Positions 1-9,028 of a DNA stretch of 32,000 nucleotides are shown here, piece by piece. Every line of letters begins with the position of its first letter. Position 1 is the first letter of the stretch. The DNA is taken from NCBI GenBank assembly GCA_965214185.1, contig CBDCBF010000002.1, positions 2,796 to 34,795 on the forward strand, read 5' to 3'. Under the pieces are notes generated by a model. The model ran no database searches. It had not been told where the DNA came from and saw only the letters and a list, made by a program, of their open reading frames with translations. Origin of the DNA: Dehalococcoidia bacterium (GTDB taxonomy: Bacteria; Chloroflexota; Dehalococcoidia; Lucifugimonadales; UBA1123). The position numbers and the translations under genes are program-made.

Positions 1-1020
1 GTGAAGTATAAGCCCGTTTGAGGCAAGGTGCGTGGTTTGCGTTCCGACTGCCCCTTCCGGCCCGACCGACGCGAGCGCGGCGACCCCCATCAGCAGGTAT
101 CCGGCGTGGCCCACGCTGGAGTAGGCCAAAAGTCGCTTCAGGTTGGTCTGCGCGAGCGCGACCAGATTGCCCAGCGTCATAGTAAGCGCGGCCATAATGA
201 CCAATATCATCTGCCACTCGTCTGCGACCGGCATGAACGCCTGGGTGAACAGCCTGAGTATCAGCGCGAACGCGGCGGCCTTGGAGGCCACGGCCAGGTA
301 GCCCGTGATCGGTATCGGCGCGGCTTCATAGGCGTCCGGCGCCCACATATGGAACGGAACGGCCGCCACCTTGAACCCGAGCCCCGCGATTATCAGCGCC
401 AGACCTACCACTACTCCAGGACTGAGGCTGCCCGCCGAGGCGAGCGCGTCTGATATTCCGTCGAAACGGGTGGCGCCCAGCAGTCCGAATACCTGGCTTA
501 TCCCGAATAGAAGCAGCGCCGAGGACACCGCTCCCAACAGTATGTATTTCGCGCCGCCCTCATTCGATTTCGGATTATAGCGGTCGAAAGACACTAGGAC
601 ATACAGCCCGAAGCTCAACAGCTCCAGGGATATGTAGGCCGTCAGCAGTTCGCCGGACGCCGCCATAAGCATCATGCCCACAATCGTGAATGTCAGAATG
701 GCGTAGTATTCGCCCGCGTAGCTCAGGTTCCTGCGGACATACTCCACCGACGACAGCGCGACTACCACGCCCATAACCAAGAACATCGCCTTGAACAGGA
801 GCGAAAATCCGTCAACAATCACCAGACCGTCGTAAAGGCTGTCCTCTACGTTCCACTGGTATATGAGCGTTGCGACAAGGGTCAGCGACAGCCCGGCCGC
901 GGTCGCGTATCCGAGCAGATGTTTGCGCTCCTCGCGCAGAAAGAAATCCAGCGTCAGTATCAGGAAAGCAAGTCCGGTCACCATGAATTCGGGGGTCAGA
1001 AGCAGAAAGTTGTTGTTCAT
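1..1020 (-). CDS. nuoN: NADH-quinone oxidoreductase subunit N (antiporter-like membrane subunit); C-terminal end runs off the window
   Basis: This ORF is absent from the supplied track because no stop codon lies in the window. My translation of the minus strand from ATG 1020-1018 reads MNNNFLLLTPEFMVTGLAFLILTLDFFLREERKHLLGYAT... and stays open to base 1. The ATG overlaps the nuoM stop (ATGA at 1017-1020). The protein is rich in membrane helices and the gene holds the last position in canonical nuo order. Confidence 0.85.
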   Translation of the reverse strand, partial: MNNNFLLLTPEFMVTGLAFLILTLDFFLREERKHLLGYATAAGLSLTLVATLIYQWNVEDSLYDGLVIVDGFSLLFKAMFLVMGVVVALSSVEYVRRNLSYAGEYYAILTFTIVGMMLMAASGELLTAYISLELLSFGLYVLVSFDRYNPKSNEGGAKYILLGAVSSALLLFGISQVFGLLGATRFDGISDALASAGSLSPGVVVGLALIIAGLGFKVAAVPFHMWAPDAYEAAPIPITGYLAVASKAAAFALILRLFTQAFMPVADEWQMILVIMAALTMTLGNLVALAQTNLKRLLAYSSVGHAGYLLMGVAALASVGPEGAVGTQTTHLASNGLILH

Positions 1021-2543
1021 CCCGCCTCCCCGAATCGGGCGAGGATGTCGAACACGCCGCTCTCTATGACCCGTATGAACGGGAATGGGAACAGGCCGAC
1101 CAGCAGTATGAACCCGGCCAGCGCCAGCATGGAGAACCTTTCCCGAAGGCCGGCGTCCGTCTGCCCTGCCCATCGCTCGCCCAGAGGTCCGAAGAACACC
1201 CTGGACATGAGCCTAAGTATGTAAACCGCGGTGATGGCCGCGCCGACGATTCCCAGTATTCCAAGAATCGGGTAGGTCTGGAACAGACCTAGGAACACCA
1301 GCAACTCCGCCACGAAACCGCTCAGCCCGGGCAGACCCAGCGATGCCAGGCCCGCTATTGCGAACAGGGTGGCGGTGAAGCCCATCCGCTTGGCCAGGCC
1401 GTTCAGAACCTCTATGTCGCGGGTGTGAGTCTTCTCATATATGACCCCGACGGCGGCGAAGAACAGCGCGGTCATAACCCCGTGGCTGAACATCTGCAAG
1501 ACCGCCCCGTTCAGGCCGAGCGGGTGAAGCGTCGCTATTCCCATCAGGACATAGCCCATGTGACTGACGCTGGAATAGCCGATAACGTACTTGAGATCGG
1601 TCTGACCCATCGCCGACCACGCGCCGTAGATTACGTTGACTGTTCCGAGCGCAATCAGCGCGGGCATCCAGAACTCCGCGCCCTCCGGCATCAGCGTCAT
1701 GCCTATGCGTATGACTCCGAACGCGCCCAGCTTCATCAGCACACCGGCGTGAACCATGCTCACTGCGGTCGGCGCCGCCACGTGTCCGTCCGGCGACCAT
1801 GTGTGAAAGGGCCAGAGTCCGGCCAGCACACCGAAGCCGACCATCAGGAACGGGAAGAACACACGCTGGAACCCCTCCGAGAACGCAACATCCCGCAGAG
1901 CGACAAGATCGAACGTACCCAAGCCCGCCTCGACGAAAATGGCCAGCAGCGCGACCCAGATAAGCGCGCTGCCCGCCACTAGGTAGAGCATCAGCTTCAT
2001 CGCGCCGTACTCCTTGGCGCGAACGAAGGTCGGGAAGCGCGAACTGCTTCCCCACACCCCGATGAGCAGATACATCGGCATCACCGCAAGTTCATAAAAG
2101 AAGAAGAAGAAGAACATATCCAGCGTCACGAACACGCCGAACACGCCCGCGAGCAGAAACAGGTACAGGACGAAGAACTCCTTGGCTCGGTCCCCTATGT
2201 TCCATGACACCAGAACGCCGGTAAACAACACGATGCCGGTCAGCAGAACCATGAGCGCGGCAATCCCGTCCACCCCGAGCCGCAGCGTGATTCCACTATC
2301 GCCCAGAGGCCAGGGGCCGGGGAGCGCCAGCCAGTTCCACGTCCGCTCGAACTGCATCCCGCCCGCCGTGTGATCGTATGCCAGAAAGACGTAGAGCGAC
2401 AGCAGCGCCGCAACCAGAGCGACGGCCAGAGAGAAACGCCGCACAGCTAGGATGTTGGCTCCGGGTATGAAGATAAGCAGCCCCGCGCCCGCCATAGGAA
2501 GGGCTACGAGCGATAGGAGCGCGTATGAATCAAGTCCGTTCAT
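1017..2543 (-). CDS. nuoM: NADH-quinone oxidoreductase subunit M
   Basis: A 513-aa ORF is called from a TTG at 2558. The more likely start is ATG 2543-2541 (MNGLDSYALL...), 1 nt after the nuoL stop. The protein is polytopic with NuoM-type motifs (FFYELAVMPMYLLIGVWGS, KEYGAMKLMLYLVAGS, VSHMGYVLMGI). Its stop overlaps the nuoN start. Confidence 0.9.
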   Translation of the reverse strand: MNGLDSYALLSLVALPMAGAGLLIFIPGANILAVRRFSLAVALVAALLSLYVFLAYDHTAGGMQFERTWNWLALPGPWPLGDSGITLRLGVDGIAALMVLLTGIVLFTGVLVSWNIGDRAKEFFVLYLFLLAGVFGVFVTLDMFFFFFFYELAVMPMYLLIGVWGSSSRFPTFVRAKEYGAMKLMLYLVAGSALIWVALLAIFVEAGLGTFDLVALRDVAFSEGFQRVFFPFLMVGFGVLAGLWPFHTWSPDGHVAAPTAVSMVHAGVLMKLGAFGVIRIGMTLMPEGAEFWMPALIALGTVNVIYGAWSAMGQTDLKYVIGYSSVSHMGYVLMGIATLHPLGLNGAVLQMFSHGVMTALFFAAVGVIYEKTHTRDIEVLNGLAKRMGFTATLFAIAGLASLGLPGLSGFVAELLVFLGLFQTYPILGILGIVGAAITAVYILRLMSRVFFGPLGERWAGQTDAGLRERFSMLALAGFILLVGLFPFPFIRVIESGVFDILARFGEAG

Positions 2544-2544
2544 G

Positions 2545-4408
2545 TCAGGCCAGCGCAACCCACCAGATAACCGCCAGAATCACCATACCCGCCGCCATCG
2601 CCATGCCGTAGTTGTATATCCTTCCAGTCTGTACGAATCTCAGCCACAGGCCCGAACTCTTCACCATGTCAGCCGGGCCGTCCACTCCCACGTCGTTGAC
2701 GACTACCCTGTCGAACACCGCGACGAATCGCGCCAGCCCCAACGCAATCCTGTCTATAACCCACTGGTAGATCTCGTCCATGTAATACTTGTTCAACAAA
2801 ATCCTGTGAACGACGGCGAACCGCCCGGATACGGACTCGGAAGACAGGCTGCCCTGAACATAGATTAGCCAGCCGACCGCGATTCCCGCCCCCGCCAATG
2901 CCAGGGACACAACGCTGAGCCACGGCGCTATGTGAAACTTGCCCTGCCCCTCGATAAAGGCCGCGAACCCGTGATAGCCTTCCCACAGCCCGAAGGCGAG
3001 AAAGCCGACACCCGCCGAGAACGGCGCAAGCAGCAACAACGGAACGGTCATCGCAGCGGGCGACTCGTGAACGCCGGAGTGGTCTGACTTGGATTGCCCC
3101 AGAAAAACCGCGAACGTCACTCGAGCCATGTACAGCGCGCTCAGCGCCACGCCAGCCAGCGCCAGAACGATAAAGACAGGAGGGAGATGTTCAAGTACGC
3201 GCAATAGCGCCTCGTCCTTCGTGAAGAACCCCGCCAGCGGGATGACGCCCGCCAGCGAAGCGGCGCCTATTATGAACGTCCAACCCGTTATCGGCATACG
3301 CTTCAGAAGACCGCCCATCTTGCGAATATCAGTCTCATCTTCCATCGCGTGCATGACGCTGCCCGCCCCGAGGAACAGCATCGCCTTCGATACCCCGTGC
3401 GCCACAAGGTGGAACAAGGCCACGCCGACCCCTCCGGCGCCCAGCGCGAGCATCATCAGGCCCAGGTGGCTTATGGTCGAATAGGCGAGCGCTCGCTTGA
3501 TGTCGGTCACGACCAGCGCGATGGTCCCAGCGAATATAAAGGTGAGCAGCCCCACTGACGCGACCACGATAAGGACCGCTTGGTCCAGCTCGAACAGCGG
3601 CATAAGCCGCGCGACCAGATATACCCCCGCGGCCACCATGGTGGCCGCGTGTATGAGCGCGCTCACAGGCGTCGGCCCTTCCATCGCGTCCGGCAGCCAC
3701 ACATGGAACGGGAACTGCGCCGACTTTCCCATCGCGCCCATGAATATCAGCAGCGTCGAGGCTGTCAACGTCGCAGCCGACACTCCGCCGTTCTGCGCTA
3801 TATGGATGATAGTCGAGATGTCGAACGTTCCGGTCGCTCTGAACAGCAGGATAATGCCGATGAGCAGTCCGACGTCTCCTATCCGCGTCGTTATGAACGC
3901 CTTCTTCGCTGCCTCCGCCGCCGAACGCCGTTCATACCAGAACCCTATCAGCAGGTATGAACCTAGTCCCACCAGCTCCCACGCGATGTACAGAAACAGC
4001 AGATTGTCCGCCAACACGAGAGCGAGCATCGCGGCCACGAACAGCGAGTGGTAAGCGTAGTAGCGACCCAGTCCGGGGTCATAATGCCCATCGCGCTTCA
4101 TATATCCGAGTGAATACACCTGCACCAGCAGCGCGACGCACGTGACCAGCCCGAGCATAGTCACCGAAATCCGGTCAACCGCGACACCCCAGCCGATTGT
4201 CGTATCGCCCACCCTGAGCCAATCTACGCCGTAAGCGGACGCCCCGTCGCTCAACAGATCAGCGAGAACGAACCAGAACAGCCCGAACGCCAGCAGGATA
4301 GCGATTATGGACACGAACGCGCCCTGCAGCGGCAGATATCGCCTGAAGGGGAAGCGCGATGAAGAACGCGCCCGCGCTGAGAGCGGGTATGAGCCATGCG
4401 AACTCCAT
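2545..4408 (-). CDS. nuoL: NADH-quinone oxidoreductase subunit L, with an apparent 1-nt frameshift near the 5' end (uninterrupted ORF is 2545..4314)
   Basis: The 589-aa ORF has NuoL motifs (IAWELVGLGSYLLIGFWYERRSAAEAAKKAFITTRIGDVGLL). The canonical N-terminal helix MEFAWLIPALSAGAFFIALP is encoded from ATG 4408 in another frame. The two frames fuse if one C of the C4 run (plus-strand G4 at 4348-4351) is removed. See the corresponding finding. Confidence 0.85.
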
Positions 4409-4437
4409 CTAGTCGGCCCCCACGCTCGAACCCGCCC

Positions 4438-4755
4438 CTACCACTTCAGACCATCCAGACGGTCAACGTTCACTGAGCTTCGGTTGCGGTACAGCCTGAG
4501 TATGATGGCTATCGCCAGCGCAAGTTCGGCGGCGGCTATCGTGATCACGAATATCACCAGAACCTGGCCCAGCGCCCTCTGCGCCTCCTCGAAGTCAACG
4601 AACGCCGCGAAGCCTATCAGGTTAATGTTCACCGCGTTCAGCATCAGCTCGATGGACATCAGAATCAGCACCGCGCTGCGACGCGCCAGTACACCATACA
4701 GGCCGATGGAAAAGAGCGCGGCCGCCAGTATCTGCAGATGCGCCAACTCTATCAA
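4438..4755 (-). CDS. nuoK: NADH-quinone oxidoreductase subunit K
   Basis: The track ORF (135 aa) is over-extended into nuoJ. A TTG at 4755-4753 overlaps the nuoJ stop (TTGA) and gives a 105-aa, 3-TM protein: MIELAHLQILAAALFSIGLYGVLARRSAVLILMSIELMLNAVNINLI... Confidence 0.85.
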   Translation of the reverse strand: MIELAHLQILAAALFSIGLYGVLARRSAVLILMSIELMLNAVNINLIGFAAFVDFEEAQRALGQVLVIFVITIAAAELALAIAIILRLYRNRSSVNVDRLDGLKW

Positions 4756-5249
4756 TCGCGGCCTCCGGACGTTCGCACCAGCGCTATCGAGCCTATCAGA
4801 GCTATCAGAAGCACAAGCGAGGCCACCTCGAAAGGCACAGCCCAATCGGTGAACAGGCTTTTGCCCAGCGCCTCAAACTCCACACTCTGCCTCTCCACTG
4901 TACGAACCCTGGTCGTAAGGACTGTCGCGGTCAGCAGGACGAACACCCCGACCGAGATAACCGCGGCCAGCGGCCATTGGCGGTGATCCGTGAGGTTCTC
5001 AAAGTCCTGGATACGCGTCAGCATCAGCGAGAAAAGCGTCACTATCACCACCGCGCCGCCGTAGATCAACACCTGAACCAGCGCCAGAAACTCCGCGAAC
5101 ATCAGCAGGAACACCCCGGCCACTCCCAGAAGCGACGCCAGAAGCGCGAACGCCGCATAGACTATGTTCCGCGTCAATACCACGCCCAGCCCGCCCGCGA
5201 CGACCAGCGCGGCGGCGGCGTAGAAAAATAGGAGCGACGGGGAAATCAT
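4752..5249 (-). CDS. nuoJ: NADH-quinone oxidoreductase subunit J
   Basis: A 165-aa hydrophobic ORF (FAEFLALVQVLIYGGAVVIVTLFSLML). It sits between nuoI and nuoK, in canonical operon position. Confidence 0.9.
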   Translation of the reverse strand: MISPSLLFFYAAAALVVAGGLGVVLTRNIVYAAFALLASLLGVAGVFLLMFAEFLALVQVLIYGGAVVIVTLFSLMLTRIQDFENLTDHRQWPLAAVISVGVFVLLTATVLTTRVRTVERQSVEFEALGKSLFTDWAVPFEVASLVLLIALIGSIALVRTSGGRD

Positions 5250-5268
5250 CAGCGATTCGATCCATTAT

Positions 5269-5796
5269 TCATGATGTGGCCCTCCCAGTTCGCTTCGCCT
5301 TCTTGACAGGCGCTCCGCTATTCTTGGCTGGGTTGGTCGGACGCCAGCCGGTTTCAGCCTGAAAACGCTTGCCCATATCCAGAAGCCCATCAAGGTCCAC
5401 CCGGTTGCCGTTGCGCTCGTACTTGCTGAGCTCATGTTCGTGGCTCATCTCTATCGCGTCGAAGTTGCACACATCAACGCATATGCCGCACAAGATACAC
5501 CGGCCAAGATTTATCTCGAAGCTCTCGATAATCTTGCGCCGGCGACTCGTTTCTTCGGTGAATTTCGGATTGTCCGTCATCTGCGCGCTCATACACTGCG
5601 TCGGACACGCGCGCACGCATACCATACATCCGGTACAGTACGGCTCCGGAACATCATAGTCCCACAGCAGCGCAGGGAACCCCATATAGCGCGGAGCCAC
5701 CTGCCGCCGCTCCTGCGGGTCTGGATATTGATCTGTAACCGGCTTGCGGAACGCCGTCTTCAGCGTCACCCTCAGCCCTTCCAAAAATCCTACCAT
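5269..5796 (-). CDS. nuoI: NADH-quinone oxidoreductase subunit I (2x[4Fe-4S] ferredoxin-type)
   Basis: Two cluster motifs are present: CTGCMVCVRACP and CILCGICVDVCN. Size is 175 aa and the operon position is canonical. Confidence 0.95.
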   Translation of the reverse strand: MVGFLEGLRVTLKTAFRKPVTDQYPDPQERRQVAPRYMGFPALLWDYDVPEPYCTGCMVCVRACPTQCMSAQMTDNPKFTEETSRRRKIIESFEINLGRCILCGICVDVCNFDAIEMSHEHELSKYERNGNRVDLDGLLDMGKRFQAETGWRPTNPAKNSGAPVKKAKRTGRATS

Positions 5797-5817
5797 AGTA
5801 AATTCAACCGCATGATA

Positions 5818-6129
5818 CTATCCGCCCAACAGCGCAGTCGCTATTAGTCCGACAATCGCTATAGTCTGGGTAACTATAATCCCTGTCAAAACGTTCAGTC
5901 GGCTGTTCATGTCGGTCAGACGTTTGTGAACATCCTCCATACGCTTGTGGACATCGCCCAGCCGCATATGGACATCGCCTAGCCGCGTATGGACATCGTC
6001 CACCCTCCTGTGAACATCCTCCATCCGATTGTTCATTTCCGCCTGGACGCCCTCGACTCGTCCAAGGCGCGCAGACATATCGTCAATTTTATTTTCCACT
6101 CTGCTAATTCTGTCTTCCGTAGCAACCAT
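5818..6129 (-). CDS. hypothetical heptad-repeat coiled-coil protein with a C-terminal transmembrane anchor, embedded between nuoH and nuoI
   Basis: ATG at 6129-6127 (alternative in-frame TTG at 6150) and TAG at 5820-5818. The translation is MVATEDRISRVENKIDDMSARLGRVEGVQAEMNNRMEDVHRRVDDVHTRLGDVHMRLGDVHKRMEDVHKRLTDMNSRLNVLTGIIVTQTIAIVGLIATALLGG. It has about 11 unbroken heptads followed by a hydrophobic tail that ends at the stop codon. It is on the same strand as the nuo genes, 23 nt after the nuoH stop and 21 nt before the nuoI start. I recognise no family. Confidence 0.6.
   Translation of the reverse strand: MVATEDRISRVENKIDDMSARLGRVEGVQAEMNNRMEDVHRRVDDVHTRLGDVHMRLGDVHKRMEDVHKRLTDMNSRLNVLTGIIVTQTIAIVGLIATALLGG
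5893..6039 (-). repeat. 21-bp tandem array (7 units) encoding the heptad repeats
   Basis: Plus-strand units are 5893-5913, 5914-5934, 5935-5955, 5956-5976, 5977-5997, 5998-6018 and 6019-6039. Most end in (a/g)acatc. Units 4 and 5 (gcccagccgcatatggacatc / gcctagccgcgtatggacatc) match at 19 of 21 positions. Confidence 0.85.
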
Positions 6130-6152
6130 GTCGCTCTCATAGACTCTCAATC

Positions 6153-7268
6153 TTATCGCCGAAGGCTGCCGGCCGAGTACACGGTCACCGTGTTGCGTTC
6201 GCCCCTTGCGCGAGGCCTGCGGAAGATGACATAGACCGTCCCCCCCAATAATATCAGAGACATGGCGCTGAGCGTCCACAGCGGCCAGCCGTAGAACAGG
6301 ACAACGCCCGTGGCCACTATATTCAGGAACGACAGCGGAACAAGCATCTTCCAGCCGAAAGACATCAGCTGGTCTATCCGCAGGCGCGGGTACGTCCCGC
6401 GTATCCAGAAGATGACCCATATCACCAGCGCGGTCTTGAGCATGAACCAGACCACCGACAGCGTGGAATGCGCCGCGCCATCCAGCGGCATGGCCGGCCA
6501 GCGCCACCCGCCTAGGAACAGAAGAACAGTCAGAGCCGCCACAGTGAACGTATTCAGATACTCCGCCAAGAAGAAAGCCGCCCAATGCGCGCCGCTGTAC
6601 TCCACGAACGGACCCCCCACCACCTCCGACTCCGCGTGGTGTATATCGAACGGGGTGCGCCCAAGCTCGGCCAGTCCCGCGGTCAGAAAGATGAAAAGCC
6701 CCAGGGGCTGAACAAGCGCGTATCCGTAATTCGCCTGTCCGTCCACCACTACGGTGAGGTCCAGAGACTGCGCCAGCATCGCCACGCCCAGTATCGCCAT
6801 TATGAAAGGTATCTCATAGCTCACAAGCTGGCCGGCGGCGCGCAGCCCGCCCAGAATCGCGTACTTATTCGCAGACCCCCAGCCCGCCATGATCAGACCC
6901 ATCACCGACAGCACCGATACGGCGGTTATGTAGAAAAGCCCCAGCTCCAGATTCCTCAGTACCAGGTCGCGCGCCACCGGAAGAGTCACCCACAGAAGCA
7001 GCGACGGGATGAACACCGCGATAGGCGCTATCCAGTAGATCCGCCTGTCAGCCCACGACGGCAGAATATCCTCTTTGGTGAACAGCTTGATCCCGTCCGC
7101 GATAGGCTGAAGCGTCCCGTGAAATCCGACCCGCATCGGCCCCATTCGCATCTGGATTCTGGCAAGCGCTTTCCGCTCCGCCCACGTCAGAACCAGCACG
7201 ATCAGAGAAAGAAAGGTCAGCAGAACCACCCCGCCAAGAGCGTAGTAGATTATCTGGAGCGAGCTCAC
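6153..7268 (-). CDS. nuoH: NADH-quinone oxidoreductase subunit H
   Basis: A 371-aa polytopic ORF with the NuoH signature RKALARIQMRMGPMRVGFHGTLQPIADGIKLFTKED. Its GTG start overlaps the nuoD stop (GTGA at 7265-7268). Confidence 0.95.
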   Translation of the reverse strand: MSSLQIIYYALGGVVLLTFLSLIVLVLTWAERKALARIQMRMGPMRVGFHGTLQPIADGIKLFTKEDILPSWADRRIYWIAPIAVFIPSLLLWVTLPVARDLVLRNLELGLFYITAVSVLSVMGLIMAGWGSANKYAILGGLRAAGQLVSYEIPFIMAILGVAMLAQSLDLTVVVDGQANYGYALVQPLGLFIFLTAGLAELGRTPFDIHHAESEVVGGPFVEYSGAHWAAFFLAEYLNTFTVAALTVLLFLGGWRWPAMPLDGAAHSTLSVVWFMLKTALVIWVIFWIRGTYPRLRIDQLMSFGWKMLVPLSFLNIVATGVVLFYGWPLWTLSAMSLILLGGTVYVIFRRPRARGERNTVTVYSAGSLRR

Positions 7269-8389
7269 CTGTCCACCTCGCCGAGAACAATGTCTATCGA
7301 GCCCAGAATCACCACCGCGTCCGCGACATACGCCTCCCGCAACATCGTCTGAAGAGCCTGCAGGTTGCAGAACGACGGCGCTCGCGCCTTCACTCTGTAC
7401 GGCTTGTCACTCCCGTCGCTCACCAAGAACACGCCGAAGTCGCCCCGCGGCGACTCAGTCCGAAGATACACCTCACCCTTCGGCGGCCTCGCGATGCGTC
7501 GCACATTCGCCGCCGTCTCGCCGCCCGGCATATCCCGCATCGCCTGCCTTATTATGCCCAGAGACTGCCGCATCTCCTCAACCCGGATATAGTAGCGGTC
7601 CCAACAGTCGCCCCGCGTCCCCACCGGTATCCCGAAATCGAACCTGTCGTAGATAGAATAAGGCTCGGAAACTCGAACGTCCTCCGGAACTCCGCACGCC
7701 CGGAGCGGCGGACCGGTTACGCCCAGGTCTATCGCCTCTTCCGCCGAGATAACCCCTATCCCCTTGGTGCGCGCAAGAAACATCTCATTCTGGCTGAGGA
7801 GTCCGTCGCATTCCTCTATCCCACGTTCCAGCTGATCTAACAGCGCGCCCATCTTCGGCTGAAAGTCATCGGGAACATCTTCATTGACCCCGCCGATGCG
7901 GATATAGTTGTGCATCATGCGCGCGCCGGTCACCGACTCGAACAGATCCTGAATCCGCTCCCGCTCCCGGAAGCCGTACAGAATCGGGGTCATGGCGCCC
8001 GCGTCCAGTCCGTACACACCGTAGAACATCATGTGACTGGCTATCCGGTTGAGCTCACACAGTATCACGCGGATGTACTCCGCCCGCTCCGGAACCTCCA
8101 CGCCCATCAGCTTCTCGACCGCCATGCAAATAGCGAGTTCGCAATTCAGGTTCGCCACATAGTCCAGCCTGTCGAACAGCGTAATGATCTGCCCGTACTG
8201 CTCCCCTTCGCACAACTTCTCTGAGCCGCGATGAAGATAGCCGATATGGGACTCCGACCGCGCTATCTTCTCCCCGTCCACCCATATCACAAGCCGAAAC
8301 ACTCCGTGCGTCGAGGGGTGCTGAGGCCCCATATTGATCATCAGATCAATCGCGTCGCCGCTTTCTGTAACTTGCTCTTGTATCTGCAT
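7265..8389 (-). CDS. nuoD: NADH-quinone oxidoreductase subunit D
   Basis: The likely start is ATG 8389 (MQIQEQVTESGDAIDLMINMGPQHPSTHGVFRL...). The 23-codon upstream extension in the track ORF is Arg/Ser-rich and not protein-like. Confidence 0.95.
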   Translation of the reverse strand: MQIQEQVTESGDAIDLMINMGPQHPSTHGVFRLVIWVDGEKIARSESHIGYLHRGSEKLCEGEQYGQIITLFDRLDYVANLNCELAICMAVEKLMGVEVPERAEYIRVILCELNRIASHMMFYGVYGLDAGAMTPILYGFRERERIQDLFESVTGARMMHNYIRIGGVNEDVPDDFQPKMGALLDQLERGIEECDGLLSQNEMFLARTKGIGVISAEEAIDLGVTGPPLRACGVPEDVRVSEPYSIYDRFDFGIPVGTRGDCWDRYYIRVEEMRQSLGIIRQAMRDMPGGETAANVRRIARPPKGEVYLRTESPRGDFGVFLVSDGSDKPYRVKARAPSFCNLQALQTMLREAYVADAVVILGSIDIVLGEVDR

Positions 8390-8479
8390 AGTTAATCTAA
8401 GAATCGAGTGACTAGAACGCGCTCTCCTCTTGAAGGCGCGACAGTTCGGCGACTTCAAGGGGAAATACGCTGACTCATC

Positions 8480-9028
8480 TTACCACTCGTCATAATCGTG
8501 AAATGGAAAACTCTTGCGCCCCGGGTATCCGTCGAACCCCTCGTAGAGCAGCAAAGGGGCGAGATTCGGGTGTCCGTCGAAGCTAACCCCGAACAAGTCT
8601 CGGCTCTCACGCTCGTACCAGTCAGCGCCCTTCCACACGCCTGTGACTGTCGGAACGACGGGCGAATCCTCCGGCAGGCGGGTCTTGACCACCATCTTGT
8701 GCCGCAGACCCAGCGAGTAGAGATGATAATTCACCTCGAACTCTCCCGAACTCGCGGCATAGTCAACCACCGACAGGCAGCGCAGATAGTCGAACTTCAG
8801 GCGCGGGTCACTCTTGCATATGGCGCATACGGCCGGAACGTCCTCCGGTTTGACTGTTAGCGCAACCTCGTCAACCGCCGCGCCGACCTGCGTGTCGAAC
8901 CCCGCCGCCTCCGGACCGAATATCCCGCTCACAAGCGACGCTAGAGCCTCCCCCGCCGCGTCCAGCGCGACCGGGGCCTCGGGAATGCGCGGCTCGCGTC
9001 TAGCCCTCCGCGCCACTCTGCGCCGCAT
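8480..9028 (-). CDS. nuoC: NADH-quinone oxidoreductase subunit C
   Basis: NuoC-type motifs are present ([33 protein letters not shown]). The start is uncertain: ATG 9028 overlaps the nuoB 3' end by 29 nt, and GTG 9016 is an alternative. Confidence 0.85.
   Translation of the reverse strand: MRRRVARRARREPRIPEAPVALDAAGEALASLVSGIFGPEAAGFDTQVGAAVDEVALTVKPEDVPAVCAICKSDPRLKFDYLRCLSVVDYAASSGEFEVNYHLYSLGLRHKMVVKTRLPEDSPVVPTVTGVWKGADWYERESRDLFGVSFDGHPNLAPLLLYEGFDGYPGRKSFPFHDYDEW

Noticed and set aside
2097-2114. AAA(GAA)5 trinucleotide run in nuoM (six consecutive Phe codons on the minus strand)
   Set aside because: The repeat is in frame and encodes part of a conserved hydrophobic NuoM helix (LDMFFFFFFYELAVMPMY). 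There is no sign of instability, so I treat it as a curiosity rather than a contingency repeat.
5818-6585. 255-aa minus-strand ORF in the supplied track
   Set aside because: Its first ~150 codons overlap nuoH out of frame and translate to Gly/Arg/Ala-rich noise. Only the last 103 codons (6129..5818), downstream of the nuoH stop, look like a real protein.
8425-8463. Inverted repeat in the nuoC-nuoD spacer
   Set aside because: On the transcribed (minus) strand it forms only a 7-bp perfect core with a C-A mismatch before 3 further pairs, and the loop is 17 nt. That is too weak to call a regulatory element without conservation data.
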